NCBI GenBank assembly: GCA_051892575.1
Contig: JBJFGJ010000062.1
Coordinates: 1 to 53,804, forward strand
DNA: 53,804 bases
Source: Alloprevotella sp.
Lineage (GTDB): Bacteria > Bacteroidota > Bacteroidia > Bacteroidales > Bacteroidaceae
Reading direction: 5' to 3'
Positions 39,050 to 48,712 of the stretch are shown one piece after another (the first letter of the stretch is position 1; every line of letters begins with the position of its first letter). The notes below the pieces were generated by a model. The model did not search any database. It was not told the origin of the DNA and saw only the letters and a list, made by a program, of their open reading frames with translations. Position numbers and translations under genes: made by a program.

Positions 39050-39754
39050 ATGAAAACCCGTTGGATTGGAGCGGCCATCTTGGCCGTAGGCGTGGCTCTC
39101 GCCGGCCTTTTTGTGAGTTCAGGCATCAAGGAAATCGCCGCGCGCGACCGCGTCGTGTCGGTTCGCGGTCTGGCCGAGCAAGAAGTCAGGGCCAATCACG
39201 TGGTCTGGCCCATTACCTACAAGACCACAGGCAACGACCTGCAGAGCATCTATGCCGAGGTGAACACCACCAATGCCAAGATTGTCAAGTTTCTCAAAGA
39301 CAACGGACTCACCGACGCCGACATCAGCCTCAACTCGCCCGAGATTGAAGACCTTCAGACCGACCGCTGGACCGACAAATCCAAGATTACAAGCCGCTAT
39401 AACGTGAAAAACACCGTCACCGTGGCGTCTGACAAAGTCGACATCGTGCGCCAGCTCGTCAACCGTATGGGCGAACTGCTCAAGGTCGGTGTGGCCATTC
39501 CGCCTGCCGATTACGGCGAGGGTATCAAATATGAATATACCGAGCTCAACAAAATCAAACCCGAAATGATTAAAGCCGCCACCATCGACGCCCGGGCTGC
39601 CGCGCAGAAGTTTGCCGACGACTCCGAGAGCGAACTGGGCAAAATCAAGGAGGCTACTCAGGGCTATTTCGAGATTGAAGACCGCGACGAATACACGCCT
39701 TACATCAAAACCGTGCGCGTGGTCACAAACGTTGTTTTCTTTTTGAAATCATAA
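39050..39754 (+). CDS. SIMPL (DUF541) domain protein
   Basis: N-terminal TM, R.VSVRGLAE.EV.A, A..FA.DS...LGKIK.A.QG. Confidence 0.85.
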   Translation: MKTRWIGAAILAVGVALAGLFVSSGIKEIAARDRVVSVRGLAEQEVRANHVVWPITYKTTGNDLQSIYAEVNTTNAKIVKFLKDNGLTDADISLNSPEIEDLQTDRWTDKSKITSRYNVKNTVTVASDKVDIVRQLVNRMGELLKVGVAIPPADYGEGIKYEYTELNKIKPEMIKAATIDARAAAQKFADDSESELGKIKEATQGYFEIEDRDEYTPYIKTVRVVTNVVFFLKS

Positions 39755-39781
39755 TTCCATACTTACACACCGCAGACTCCT

Positions 39782-41635
39782 ATGACCATCACTTTCATCG
39801 TCCTGGCCATATCAGCCTTGCTCTTTGTCACGGGCCGCATCCGCGCTGATTTGGTCGCCATTTGTGCCGCTTTGGCACTCGTTCTCAGTGGCACACTCAC
39901 GCCGGATGAGGCCCTGGCCGGTTTTTCAAACCCCATCGTCATTATGATGGCGGGCCTGTTCATCGTAGGTGCCGGCATCTTTTCCACAGGTCTGGCCGGC
40001 ATGGTGGGCAGCCGCATTGTGTCGCTGGCCGGCCGTAGCGAAACAAGGCTTTTCATTCTGATAATGCTGGCCACGTCGCTGGTGGGCGCCTTTGTGAGCA
40101 ACACCGGCACCGTGGCCTTAATGCTGCCCATCGTGGTGAGTATGTCGCGTGCCGCCGGCATACAGTCGTCGCGCCTGCTCATGCCGCTGGCCTTTGCCGG
40201 AAGCATGGGCGGTATGCTCACCCTTATCGGTACGCCGCCCAACCTTATCGTGCGCGACGCTTACACCGGTGCCGGACACGCCGCGTCTGAGTTGGGCTTT
40301 TTCAGCTTTACGCCCGTCGGCATCGTATGTATCCTTGTGGGCATTGTCTGCCTGTTGCCCCTTTCCAAACGTTTCCTTACCAAAAAAGAAGGCCGGCAAG
40401 ACCAGACCGGCACAGGCTATAAAAGTCCCGAACAACTTGTGGCCGAATACCGCCTTGACGTGCAGCTCGCCGTGTTGCGCGTCGGCGAAGGCTCGCCGGT
40501 GATAGGCCGGACGGTCAAGCAGCTCAACGTCCACGGGCGCTTTGGCGTCAACGTGATGGAGTTGCGCCGCAAACGCCGCACCGGGTTGCTGCTTTCGCCC
40601 AAGATTGAGCAATATTCCGCTCTCGGTGATGTGCCCTTTGCCGAAGGGGATATGCTCTACGTTTCCGGGGCCGAAGAAGACGTGGTCCGAATGGCCGCCG
40701 AACTGCAACTGAGTGCCGACCCACAGCAAGGCACGCCCGGCGAATTGCATTTCTACGACGTGGGCATGGCCGAAATCCTGCTCCTCCCCTCCACCACCTT
40801 GGCCGGCAAGACCATACGCGAAGTGGATTTTCGCAACCGTTTCGGGGTGAATGTGATTGGCATACGCCGCCACGAGCGCTATCTGCTCACCGACATAGAC
40901 CGCATCAGCCTGCGACAGTCCGACATCATTCTGGCTTGCGGGGCTTGGAAAGACATCGCCCGCCTCGAGCGCGGCGGTGAAAGCGAGTGGGTGGTGATGG
41001 GAAGCCCGACTGAAGCCGCCCGCCGCGTCACCCACGACTACAAGGCGCCTTTGGCGGCACTCATTATGGCGGTGATGGTGGTGGTGATGGCAGTCGACTC
41101 CATTCCCGTCGCTCCCGTCACGGCCGTGACGCTGGCCGCTGTGGCCATGGTTGCTTCGGGTTGCGTGAGAGGTATGGCCGAGGCTTACAGGGCGATAAAC
41201 TGGGAAAGCATCGTGCTTTTCGCGACGATGTTGCCTATGTCTACGGCTTTGCAGAAGACGGGCGCGTCCGACGTGATTTCACACTCTCTCGTCTCTGTCT
41301 TTGGCAACGGGCCCTATGCCTTGATGATTGCGGTCTATCTGGCCACCTCGCTGCTCACCTTCTTTATCTCCAACACCGTGACGGCGGTCTTGATGGCTCC
41401 CATTGCGCTCACGGCAGCCCAGGCGCAGGGTTTGAGTCCCCTGCCCTTTTTGATGGCCGTGACGGTGGCGGCCAGCATGTGTTTCGCCTCACCCTTCTCC
41501 ACCCCGCCCAATGCGCTGGTGATGTCGGCCGGCGGATACCGCCCCATAGATTACGTCAAGGTGGGCCTGCCCCTACAGATAATAATGGGCATCGTTATGG
41601 TCGTGGTGTTGCCGTTGCTTTTCCCTTTTTCGTGA
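39782..41635 (+). CDS. SLC13/DASS family permease with TrkA-C domains
   Basis: SNTG, GTPPN, two TrkA_C repeats, SNT, STPPN. Confidence 0.88.
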   Translation: MTITFIVLAISALLFVTGRIRADLVAICAALALVLSGTLTPDEALAGFSNPIVIMMAGLFIVGAGIFSTGLAGMVGSRIVSLAGRSETRLFILIMLATSLVGAFVSNTGTVALMLPIVVSMSRAAGIQSSRLLMPLAFAGSMGGMLTLIGTPPNLIVRDAYTGAGHAASELGFFSFTPVGIVCILVGIVCLLPLSKRFLTKKEGRQDQTGTGYKSPEQLVAEYRLDVQLAVLRVGEGSPVIGRTVKQLNVHGRFGVNVMELRRKRRTGLLLSPKIEQYSALGDVPFAEGDMLYVSGAEEDVVRMAAELQLSADPQQGTPGELHFYDVGMAEILLLPSTTLAGKTIREVDFRNRFGVNVIGIRRHERYLLTDIDRISLRQSDIILACGAWKDIARLERGGESEWVVMGSPTEAARRVTHDYKAPLAALIMAVMVVVMAVDSIPVAPVTAVTLAAVAMVASGCVRGMAEAYRAINWESIVLFATMLPMSTALQKTGASDVISHSLVSVFGNGPYALMIAVYLATSLLTFFISNTVTAVLMAPIALTAAQAQGLSPLPFLMAVTVAASMCFASPFSTPPNALVMSAGGYRPIDYVKVGLPLQIIMGIVMVVVLPLLFPFS

Positions 41636-41657
41636 TTAAATCGGGGGTTTTGTTGCA

Positions 41658-43922
41658 TTAGCCGGCATAACTATGCAAGCCGGTGAGGTAATAATTCACA
41701 CCGATGTAGGTCATCAAGACCGTAGCGAAAGCCAACAGCAGATAGGCCAAGAAAAACCGAGGCCGGCGGAAGGCCGGCAGAGACGCCGAATGGAGCGGCA
41801 GCGCATAGACCAACAGGGTGATGAGTGCCCAAGTCTCTTTCGGGTCCCAACCCCAATAGCGCCCCCAACTCTCTCCGGCCCACACGGCACCTATAAAAAT
41901 ACCGGCGGCCAGGCAGGCCAAGGCCGGATAAAGGAAGAGACGGGCCAGCAGGCTGATGCGCGTCAATTCAGTCTCAGTCAGACGGCCGGCCAATAACGTT
42001 CCAAAAGCCATCAGGCTGCACAGACAAATGAACGTGAGGCACATATAGGCCAGCATAATAAGCGAGACGTGCACACTCAGCCATGGCGAGACCAGCACGG
42101 GTATGAGCGGCGTGATTTGCGGGTTCATCAGACCCATTGAGGCTACGAGGAGGAAAAAACCGGATACGAGAAAACCAAACGGCAATAGCAGACGGCGGCT
42201 CAGGCCGCCGTCTTGGCGTGGCACACCTAAGACCAATGTCATCAGCATGGCACACCAGGCGATGCTCAAGGTGGTCTCATAGCCGTTGCCCAAAGGCAGA
42301 TGGCCGCTCACTATGGACCGTAACACGACGTAAGCACTCAAGGCCAACCAACTTATGGCCATCACGACATAGGCGGCTTGCCGACAACGGCCGAAACGTT
42401 TTGTGCCTTTCAGCAAGACCAGACAGAGCAACGGGCCTAAGCACAGATGCAAACGGCTTAACCACACGGGGAGATTGAAGGCATTGTAGAGTCGCTCGGC
42501 CTTGATGACGTGTGCCGGCGGCAGGGTTTCGCCACCGTGGGATTGCTGGAAAAGTGCCATTTCATCGAGTTTCTTCATCATAAAAGCCTCTTGGCCACTT
42601 ATAGCCGCCTGATAGAGATTGGCGAAAAAGGTAGCCACAAATACGCTGTCGTTTGGCGACAATCTTAGGTCGCTCAGCGAGTCGGTAGGGCACTGCCAAC
42701 GGACGACGGTCTTTTGGTGCGCGGCCTGCCGGAGCGTGGCCGGGAACATTTTGAAGAGTCTGCCGTGTCGCAGACTATAGATGAGTTGCAGTTTGTCGTC
42801 TATCTCGACGGCCTCTTTGGCCATGGCGGAGCGGTCGCCCTGGTTGTAGTAGGCTGCGACAAGCGGACCGAGGCGATAACCTCCCATAAAAAAGTCGGTA
42901 AAAGCGGCATATTTCTCCAGTCCATACTCCCTACGCAAGCTTCTCCCTTTCACCTTAATCACAGGCTCTTGCTCCCATTCTTCAGGCCAGAAGGTCCAAC
43001 CCAGCACCACTTGTTCGGCGGTGAGTCCGTCGTAGCTGACATCGCCGTAGAGCTTGGCCGTGAAGTCGCGGGCTAAGGTCTGCATAGGGCAGATACGGCC
43101 TTCGTAGTTGACCAATAGTTCGCCAAACTTCTGTGCGGTTTCGCGCGAAACGGTGGTGGGAGCGGCCGTGGCCGAATGGCCGACCAGCAGCAACAGACCT
43201 ATGCAAAAGGCCTTCCGGCCGTCACGCCACACTCTTGACAATAAGGTGCGGCGAAAGCCTCCTTTTTTGCTACACAACAACCAGCCGAAGGCGACGAAGA
43301 GCAAGGCATAGCCGGCGTAGCTGATGCCTGTGCCCCAAGCGTCGGACCGGACTGAGAGCAGCACGCCGCCGTGGTCGCTGTCGTAGGAGGTGAGAAAAAG
43401 CCGTACGCCGCCATAGTCGCAAACGCGGTTCATGGCTACGGCTTTTTGCACGGTTTCATCGCTGTTTTCGGCTATTTCCAGCATAGCCGTGAATTGTGCC
43501 GGCGACTCCGTCCCGGCATGGAAGGCCACGTCAAAATCTTGCAAGGTCACCTGAAACGGAAGTCGCACGCTATCGCCGGAATGTTCGGCATCGGCATAGT
43601 AGTCGGCGGTTTGCCCGATGCGGAGGTGCATTTGGCCGCTTTCAGACGTGAAGAACGACACGCCGGCTCCAATCAAGATGAAGCCGAGAGCGATGTGCAG
43701 GACTAAGGCCGGCCGAGGCAGTCGGGCTTTCAAGACGGAGGCCCAACCGGCTACGAGCGCCAGCAGCCATAGAGCAATGAACCAGGGTGCGTGATAAAAC
43801 CGGCTCAGAGCCGTCGGCGTACCGTGGTAATGCTCCACGAATGTGGCCACAGCCATTGAGACGGTCAGGACGACGAGCGCGACGAAAGCCACGGTTTTAC
43901 AGGAAAGGTGGGGTTTAATCAT
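41658..43922 (-). CDS. ccsA: System II cytochrome c synthase, CcsB(ResB)-CcsA fusion
   Basis: WWD motif WAGESWGRYWGWDPKETW, conserved His residues, C-terminal GLHSY. Confidence 0.9.
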   Translation of the reverse strand: MIKPHLSCKTVAFVALVVLTVSMAVATFVEHYHGTPTALSRFYHAPWFIALWLLALVAGWASVLKARLPRPALVLHIALGFILIGAGVSFFTSESGQMHLRIGQTADYYADAEHSGDSVRLPFQVTLQDFDVAFHAGTESPAQFTAMLEIAENSDETVQKAVAMNRVCDYGGVRLFLTSYDSDHGGVLLSVRSDAWGTGISYAGYALLFVAFGWLLCSKKGGFRRTLLSRVWRDGRKAFCIGLLLLVGHSATAAPTTVSRETAQKFGELLVNYEGRICPMQTLARDFTAKLYGDVSYDGLTAEQVVLGWTFWPEEWEQEPVIKVKGRSLRREYGLEKYAAFTDFFMGGYRLGPLVAAYYNQGDRSAMAKEAVEIDDKLQLIYSLRHGRLFKMFPATLRQAAHQKTVVRWQCPTDSLSDLRLSPNDSVFVATFFANLYQAAISGQEAFMMKKLDEMALFQQSHGGETLPPAHVIKAERLYNAFNLPVWLSRLHLCLGPLLCLVLLKGTKRFGRCRQAAYVVMAISWLALSAYVVLRSIVSGHLPLGNGYETTLSIAWCAMLMTLVLGVPRQDGGLSRRLLLPFGFLVSGFFLLVASMGLMNPQITPLIPVLVSPWLSVHVSLIMLAYMCLTFICLCSLMAFGTLLAGRLTETELTRISLLARLFLYPALACLAAGIFIGAVWAGESWGRYWGWDPKETWALITLLVYALPLHSASLPAFRRPRFFLAYLLLAFATVLMTYIGVNYYLTGLHSYAG

Positions 43923-43966
43923 AGTCTTTTTGAAAGCGGCAGTGTATTGGCCGATGATTATCCAAA

Positions 43967-43996
43967 GCGGCAGTCCTCCCTTGGGAAGACTGCCGT
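43967..43996 (-). terminator. Stem-loop between DHOR and ccsA (weak terminator or stabiliser)
   Basis: GCGGCAGTC..GACTGCCGT stem with only a short U-tract on the minus strand. Confidence 0.55.
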
Positions 43997-44032
43997 GTTT
44001 GTTGAGGATAAAAAGGGAAAAGGTGAGCGTGA

Positions 44033-45754
44033 TTAAATGGCCCTTAAGAAGGCCACCACGGCGTCGCGGTCGGCTTTGGGCAAGTTAAAGAACTTTTCGG
44101 TAGAGGCAAAGGCGTCGCTCTCGCGGCTGTAGCCGTGCCACATGATGGCTTCAATTTCATTGCGGGCGCGGCAGTCGTGCAGACGGTCCTCGGCACCGGT
44201 GTTGGAGAGCGACAGACCGCGGCCCCAAAGCGGCGTGGTGCGACACCAGCCGGTGCGGATGTCGTTTTTCATAAACAGGCGGTGCTGTATCATATCGGTA
44301 TAGGGCCAGATTTTCTGGTTGGGATATTGCGGCAGCTTACCGATGGCGGCCACGTTGTTAGACGTCCAGTAGTTGTCGTCGCCGGTTGTCCACGACGGAC
44401 GGTGACAGGCGGTGCAGCCAATCTCATAGAACACCTCTTTGCCGCGTTGCACATCGGCCGAGTTCAAATCGCGTGCACGCGGCACGGCGAGACCGCGATG
44501 CCAGACCATAAAGTCGTAGTAGGACTGGTCATTCATTTCGGCCGTGAAGTTATGCCAGGCGTTGTTGGTCTGGTCGGTAGTGGGCGAGAGCAGTCCGCGC
44601 ACGGCCTCGGCTATGCCTTCGCGAGTGCCGTCGGCATAGTAGGGCGACGAGGGGTCTTGGCTGATTTTGTCGATAACTTCGGCATTTTCAGCCATGGCAT
44701 TGGCCCAAGCCTGGGTGGTATAGAGTTTGGTGCGGTCGCCGCGTGTGACGTTGGTGATGTTCCATATGGCGTTGGCTCCGGCACCGTCTTGCAGCGAGGC
44801 GCGTGTCAGGGCGTAGGTATAGCGTTTGATGGCCTTCACGCCATTGGCCGCCGAACCGTCGGCCCATTTGCCGTCGGCCAGTGAATAGTAGGCCGTGGCC
44901 GCCCAGTCGTTGGCAGCGGCGTCCCACATAGCCGGGTTGAGGCTGACATAGGGCGCTTCGGCCTGATATTGGGCCTTGAGGTCGTCTTCGCTAATGGCAT
45001 CGAGCAGTCCCGTGCCATAAATGCCGATGGTGCTCTCAAGGCGCACTTCGTAGTTGGTGGGACGCGGGTTGGTGTTGAAGGCTTCGGGCGCGATGGTCAC
45101 TTCGGGATAGATGAGTTCGTAGGTCTCGCCGTCGGGGAAGGTGGTGGGCAGAGCGCCGTCGGTGGCTTTGAGCCAGGCAATGCTGATGCCGCTCTCATCG
45201 ACCGGTGGCAGGAACGGGCTGGCTGCTTTGGTCTGTGGCATACCCGTTACTTCGGTGACGTAGCTGTCTTTGGCGTAGGCCTTGCCCGTGGCGTCGACGC
45301 CGGCGGTGGGGTGATAGATCACCAGCAGATAGCCGTTGCCGATGGTGGAATTGGCCTCATAGCTGTTCACCCTTTTGCCGTGGCCGTAGCCCGGGTGACA
45401 CTGGATGCACGATGTGCGCACCCAAGCCGGCCCGAGGCCGCGGAAAGGCGTGGACTGAGTGAGCGTTTCCACGAAGTTGCGTTCAAAAAAGAGTTCGCCG
45501 CTTTTGAAGTTGCCGCTTTTACCCATAAGGGTCACGGCCGGCGTTTCGTCTTCGTATGACGACGAGCTCACGTTGTCGGTGGTACCGAGTTCGCCGCCGG
45601 GATACCATTCTGCGGCGGTGAAATTGCCGACGGGTTGCCCCACAAATATGTCGTCGGAGGGCTGGATGACGGCGGCCGTGTTGTTGTCGTCGCTACAGGC
45701 GGCGAGTCCCATAAGGACAGCGCAGCCTATAAATAATAAAGGAGTCTTTTTCAT
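44033..45754 (-). CDS. Di-heme oxidoreductase (DHOR) family lipoprotein
   Basis: Lipobox LAAC, two CxxCH (CIQCH, CTACH), GTGLLDAI, RTTPLWG, LHDCRAR. Confidence 0.88.
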   Translation of the reverse strand: MKKTPLLFIGCAVLMGLAACSDDNNTAAVIQPSDDIFVGQPVGNFTAAEWYPGGELGTTDNVSSSSYEDETPAVTLMGKSGNFKSGELFFERNFVETLTQSTPFRGLGPAWVRTSCIQCHPGYGHGKRVNSYEANSTIGNGYLLVIYHPTAGVDATGKAYAKDSYVTEVTGMPQTKAASPFLPPVDESGISIAWLKATDGALPTTFPDGETYELIYPEVTIAPEAFNTNPRPTNYEVRLESTIGIYGTGLLDAISEDDLKAQYQAEAPYVSLNPAMWDAAANDWAATAYYSLADGKWADGSAANGVKAIKRYTYALTRASLQDGAGANAIWNITNVTRGDRTKLYTTQAWANAMAENAEVIDKISQDPSSPYYADGTREGIAEAVRGLLSPTTDQTNNAWHNFTAEMNDQSYYDFMVWHRGLAVPRARDLNSADVQRGKEVFYEIGCTACHRPSWTTGDDNYWTSNNVAAIGKLPQYPNQKIWPYTDMIQHRLFMKNDIRTGWCRTTPLWGRGLSLSNTGAEDRLHDCRARNEIEAIMWHGYSRESDAFASTEKFFNLPKADRDAVVAFLRAI

Positions 45755-45775
45755 TGTTCAGTAAAAATGTATGGC

Positions 45776-47011
45776 TTATTGAGCGGAGCGGATGTAGTTG
45801 TCCACTGCGATAAGGCAATCGTCGAGGGCGCGGCAGGCACTGATGGCAGCCGGCACGGTAGTGTCGGTGTCGTCGGCCACGGTGGTGACAAACGGGTAGG
45901 TGATGCCTTGAATGGCGGCCTTGGCCTCGTCTATCTTGGTTTTGAGTTCGGCGGCCAGTTCGGGATTGCGGGCTTTGAGGTAGGCATAGATGGAGCGGCT
46001 CTCGTTGCGCAGTTCGGGCCGTCCGCCCATAATGACGTTTTCGATGCTGCGGATGTTGTCGGTGAAGTCTTCGCGTGAGTTCTGGCTGTAGGGCGACTCG
46101 ATGTAGTCGGCGTCGCGTCCGGGCTCGCCTTGCGACACGCCTTTGGGCTTGCCCATCTTCACGTCGCCCACCTCATTGGCAATGTTTTCGCAACCGGCAA
46201 TGAGGATGTCGTTGAGGGCCTTGATGCGGTGTGAATAGGTACTGCCGGCCTGTCCCGCGAGCATCATGTTTTCGGCATAGGTCAGATTATTGCCCGGTAC
46301 GGCATGCGGCAGGTCTTCTACCAGTTCCTTGTGGGTCTCTGAGGCATTGGGGTTCCACGAAACCTCCATCTGGCAACAGCTCCGCCGCAAGTCGCCGGCC
46401 ACAGCCGCGGCATAGGTCAGTTCGAGCTTGCCGCTCACCGCCGGAAGGTCGGGATCGTTGCCGTTGAGGTCGGTGCGAGGTTGGCCGTTACGGAAAAGCA
46501 CGTATTCTATGCCGTGGAAGCCCAAGACGCTTGAGCCGAGCGATGTGCCAGCTATGGTGCCGTCATCGGTGCGCAAGGCTTCGATGGTCGAGGTATTGAG
46601 CAAGGCCGAGCGCAACTGGTCAAGGTCGAGCGGCCAAGAGTCGATGTGGGGGTCGATGCCAAAGTCGCTGGCGGCTCCGAAGAGGAAAGCCTCGCTCAGT
46701 TCGTAGTTGGACCGTGCGCGGAGAAACACACCGGCCACGTCGCTAATGGCATCGGCTGTGATGGTGCCGCCTGCCCAGGCCACGGTGCGCAGAGAGTCGA
46801 GCTTGTGATAGAGCGTGTCGGTGCCATTGGCCAGCAGCGTGTAAGTGGGAATGACCGTAGCGTTGAGATATTGCTCGGTAAGTTCGGCCAGTTCGATGTC
46901 TTGCTGTTGCGACGGCGTGAGAGCGTTGTCGTCGTCGCTGCAAGAAGTGAGTGCAATAGGCACTGTCAGGGCCATGGTCAGGCTCAGGAGTAGTTGTCGG
47001 TTTGTCTTCAT
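45776..47011 (-). CDS. Imelysin-like (IrpA/peptidase M75) iron-binding lipoprotein
   Basis: Lipobox LTSC, IDSWP, GFHGIE (GxHxxE), IESPYS.NS. Confidence 0.88.
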   Translation of the reverse strand: MKTNRQLLLSLTMALTVPIALTSCSDDDNALTPSQQQDIELAELTEQYLNATVIPTYTLLANGTDTLYHKLDSLRTVAWAGGTITADAISDVAGVFLRARSNYELSEAFLFGAASDFGIDPHIDSWPLDLDQLRSALLNTSTIEALRTDDGTIAGTSLGSSVLGFHGIEYVLFRNGQPRTDLNGNDPDLPAVSGKLELTYAAAVAGDLRRSCCQMEVSWNPNASETHKELVEDLPHAVPGNNLTYAENMMLAGQAGSTYSHRIKALNDILIAGCENIANEVGDVKMGKPKGVSQGEPGRDADYIESPYSQNSREDFTDNIRSIENVIMGGRPELRNESRSIYAYLKARNPELAAELKTKIDEAKAAIQGITYPFVTTVADDTDTTVPAAISACRALDDCLIAVDNYIRSAQ

Positions 47012-47058
47012 ATTGTAGGAATTAGAAATTATCGGTTTAATCGCAGATTTTCGCTTTT

Positions 47059-48330
47059 TTATTTGATGAAGAAACCCTCATAGGCCACGCCAAACGAAAT
47101 GGACGGCTCGTTGTTGTAGGGGGCTTTGAGCAAGCGTTGGCTATATTGCGCCTTAAGCACAATTTGCGGTATCGGCTTGTAGTTGATGCCGGCCGTAATG
47201 ACCGAGCGCTCAGTCCAGGGATAGTCCATGGCGCCGGTCTGGGGCGGGTTGTAACTGTCGTAATAGTCGTAGCGGGCAAAGAGATAACAGTTTTGGCCAC
47301 TGCGTCGCAGACGGGCGAAACGTGAGAAGAGGTCGTAACCGGCCTCGACACCCAGGGCCACGGCGTGGTCGCCCACGAGTGTACGCGGATAGGGCGAAGA
47401 GTTGCTCTGTCGCTGGTTGGCCTCGCTGATGGCCTTGGCATTGCCCAGATAGCCGAAATCGGCATTGCCCACGACAATCCAGTTATAGGCATCGAAGGTG
47501 AAGTCAAAGCTGCCCACGGCGACGGCACCGTTCACCTCGAAGTTTTTGCCCGTCTCGGTGTTGTATCCGTTGTTGGAACTGTGACCATAGTAGCCGCTGA
47601 GACCCAGTCGCAGGCCGGGAATGCTGTAGTTGTCTATGCGCGCGGCAAAGCCGAGTTTGTTGGCCGGCTCAAACTCAAAGGGCGTGCCGGCGCCGTCTTG
47701 TATCCAGTTTTCTTTGGTGAAGTTGGCCGAGTTGAGCCCTGCCACACACATCACTTCGTAGCGCCACGAGCGCGTACGGCCCCAGATGCTCAAACCGGTC
47801 TGGTGCCAAGTGCTGGGCAGGATGGTCGACTCGCCTTCGGGTCTGTAGACGGTGAAGAAATTGAGCGGCTCATGGCCGGCATTGATATAGCCCACGGGCA
47901 CGACTATGTGACCGGCACGCACGTTGAGCCACGGCTTGAACGTCTTTTGTATCCAAAACTGTTCAATCTCCACCTCACCGCCTTTTTCCACCTCCTGTTC
48001 CCATTCGCCACCTTCTTCAAACTCTTTTTCGTAGGCGCCGCCGGTGCCGCCGTGTTCAAATTCAAATTCGGTCGACACGCTCCAGCCTTTGCCGAAGTCG
48101 TAGGTCAGCGAGAGCGACACGTGGGGCAGGTCGAATCGGCCGTGCTTGTCGTTTTTGTGGCTGGCAGCCGTGGAATAGCGGTAGGGGCTGTCGCTGTAGA
48201 AGTTGCGGCTGTAGACCGCTTCGCCGTAGCCGCCTATTTGCAGTCGGCTGTGTCGGCAGGAGTCTTGGCTTTGGGCCGTGGCGCAGATGGCCGCGAGGGC
48301 GCCAAGTGAGAGGGTGAGGAATCTTTTCAT
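47059..48330 (-). CDS. Outer-membrane porin-like beta-barrel
   Basis: Signal peptide, IGGYGE, EFEFEHGG, GEVEIEQ, HEP..F, C-terminal aromatic residue. Confidence 0.8.
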   Translation of the reverse strand: MKRFLTLSLGALAAICATAQSQDSCRHSRLQIGGYGEAVYSRNFYSDSPYRYSTAASHKNDKHGRFDLPHVSLSLTYDFGKGWSVSTEFEFEHGGTGGAYEKEFEEGGEWEQEVEKGGEVEIEQFWIQKTFKPWLNVRAGHIVVPVGYINAGHEPLNFFTVYRPEGESTILPSTWHQTGLSIWGRTRSWRYEVMCVAGLNSANFTKENWIQDGAGTPFEFEPANKLGFAARIDNYSIPGLRLGLSGYYGHSSNNGYNTETGKNFEVNGAVAVGSFDFTFDAYNWIVVGNADFGYLGNAKAISEANQRQSNSSPYPRTLVGDHAVALGVEAGYDLFSRFARLRRSGQNCYLFARYDYYDSYNPPQTGAMDYPWTERSVITAGINYKPIPQIVLKAQYSQRLLKAPYNNEPSISFGVAYEGFFIK

Positions 48331-48554
48331 GCGGAAATGGATTTCGTGGTCTGCTTTTGTTTTTGTGTTTTCGGTTTTGAAGATTTGGGGCGCTTCTTTT
48401 GTTTGGTCGTGTCGCGCTTCACGGGCTTCACGGGCGAGGCTCCGGTCACGATGTCGACCGTGGCAGGCTGCCGTGGCGTGGATGAAAGGGAACTGCCCAA
48501 GAGCAGTCCGGCACCAATGAGGCAGCCGCCGATGAGGTAACGGTTTTTGTGCAT
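48327..48554 (-). CDS. Small secreted protein with putative FMN-attachment motif (DIVTGAS)
   Basis: First ORF after the promoter; hydrophobic N-terminus; TGA overlaps the porin ATG (ATGA). Confidence 0.7.
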   Translation of the reverse strand: MHKNRYLIGGCLIGAGLLLGSSLSSTPRQPATVDIVTGASPVKPVKRDTTKQKKRPKSSKPKTQKQKQTTKSISA

Positions 48555-48576
48555 TTTTGGGTTTATTTTGACGCTG

Positions 48577-48584
48577 CAAAGTTA
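48577..48584 (-). promoter_or_regulatory. -7 promoter element of the porin/imelysin/DHOR operon
   Basis: Reverse complement TAACTTTG-CA, 22 nt before ATG 48554. Confidence 0.7.
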
Positions 48585-48712
48585 GGTCGCCAGCAAAACG
48601 CTGTCAATCGCCAAGTTGGTGTAAAATAGCACCATAGCCGATGAGCGGTTCCTCGGCAGACACTAACCCCACCCTGCCGGCTCTCACCTGTTTTGGGTAT
48701 CACCGAGGCCTT

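Noticed and set aside
47059-48579. 506-aa N-terminally extended porin from the ORF track
   Set aside because: The extension begins inside the -7 promoter element; a clean signal peptide starts at ATG 48330 and a better ORF occupies 48327-48554
48585-48712. Fur box or riboswitch upstream of the imelysin operon
   Set aside because: No convincing Fur-type palindrome or aptamer; only a short TGGTG-N8-CACCA repeat (48617-48634), and the leader is too short for a riboswitch
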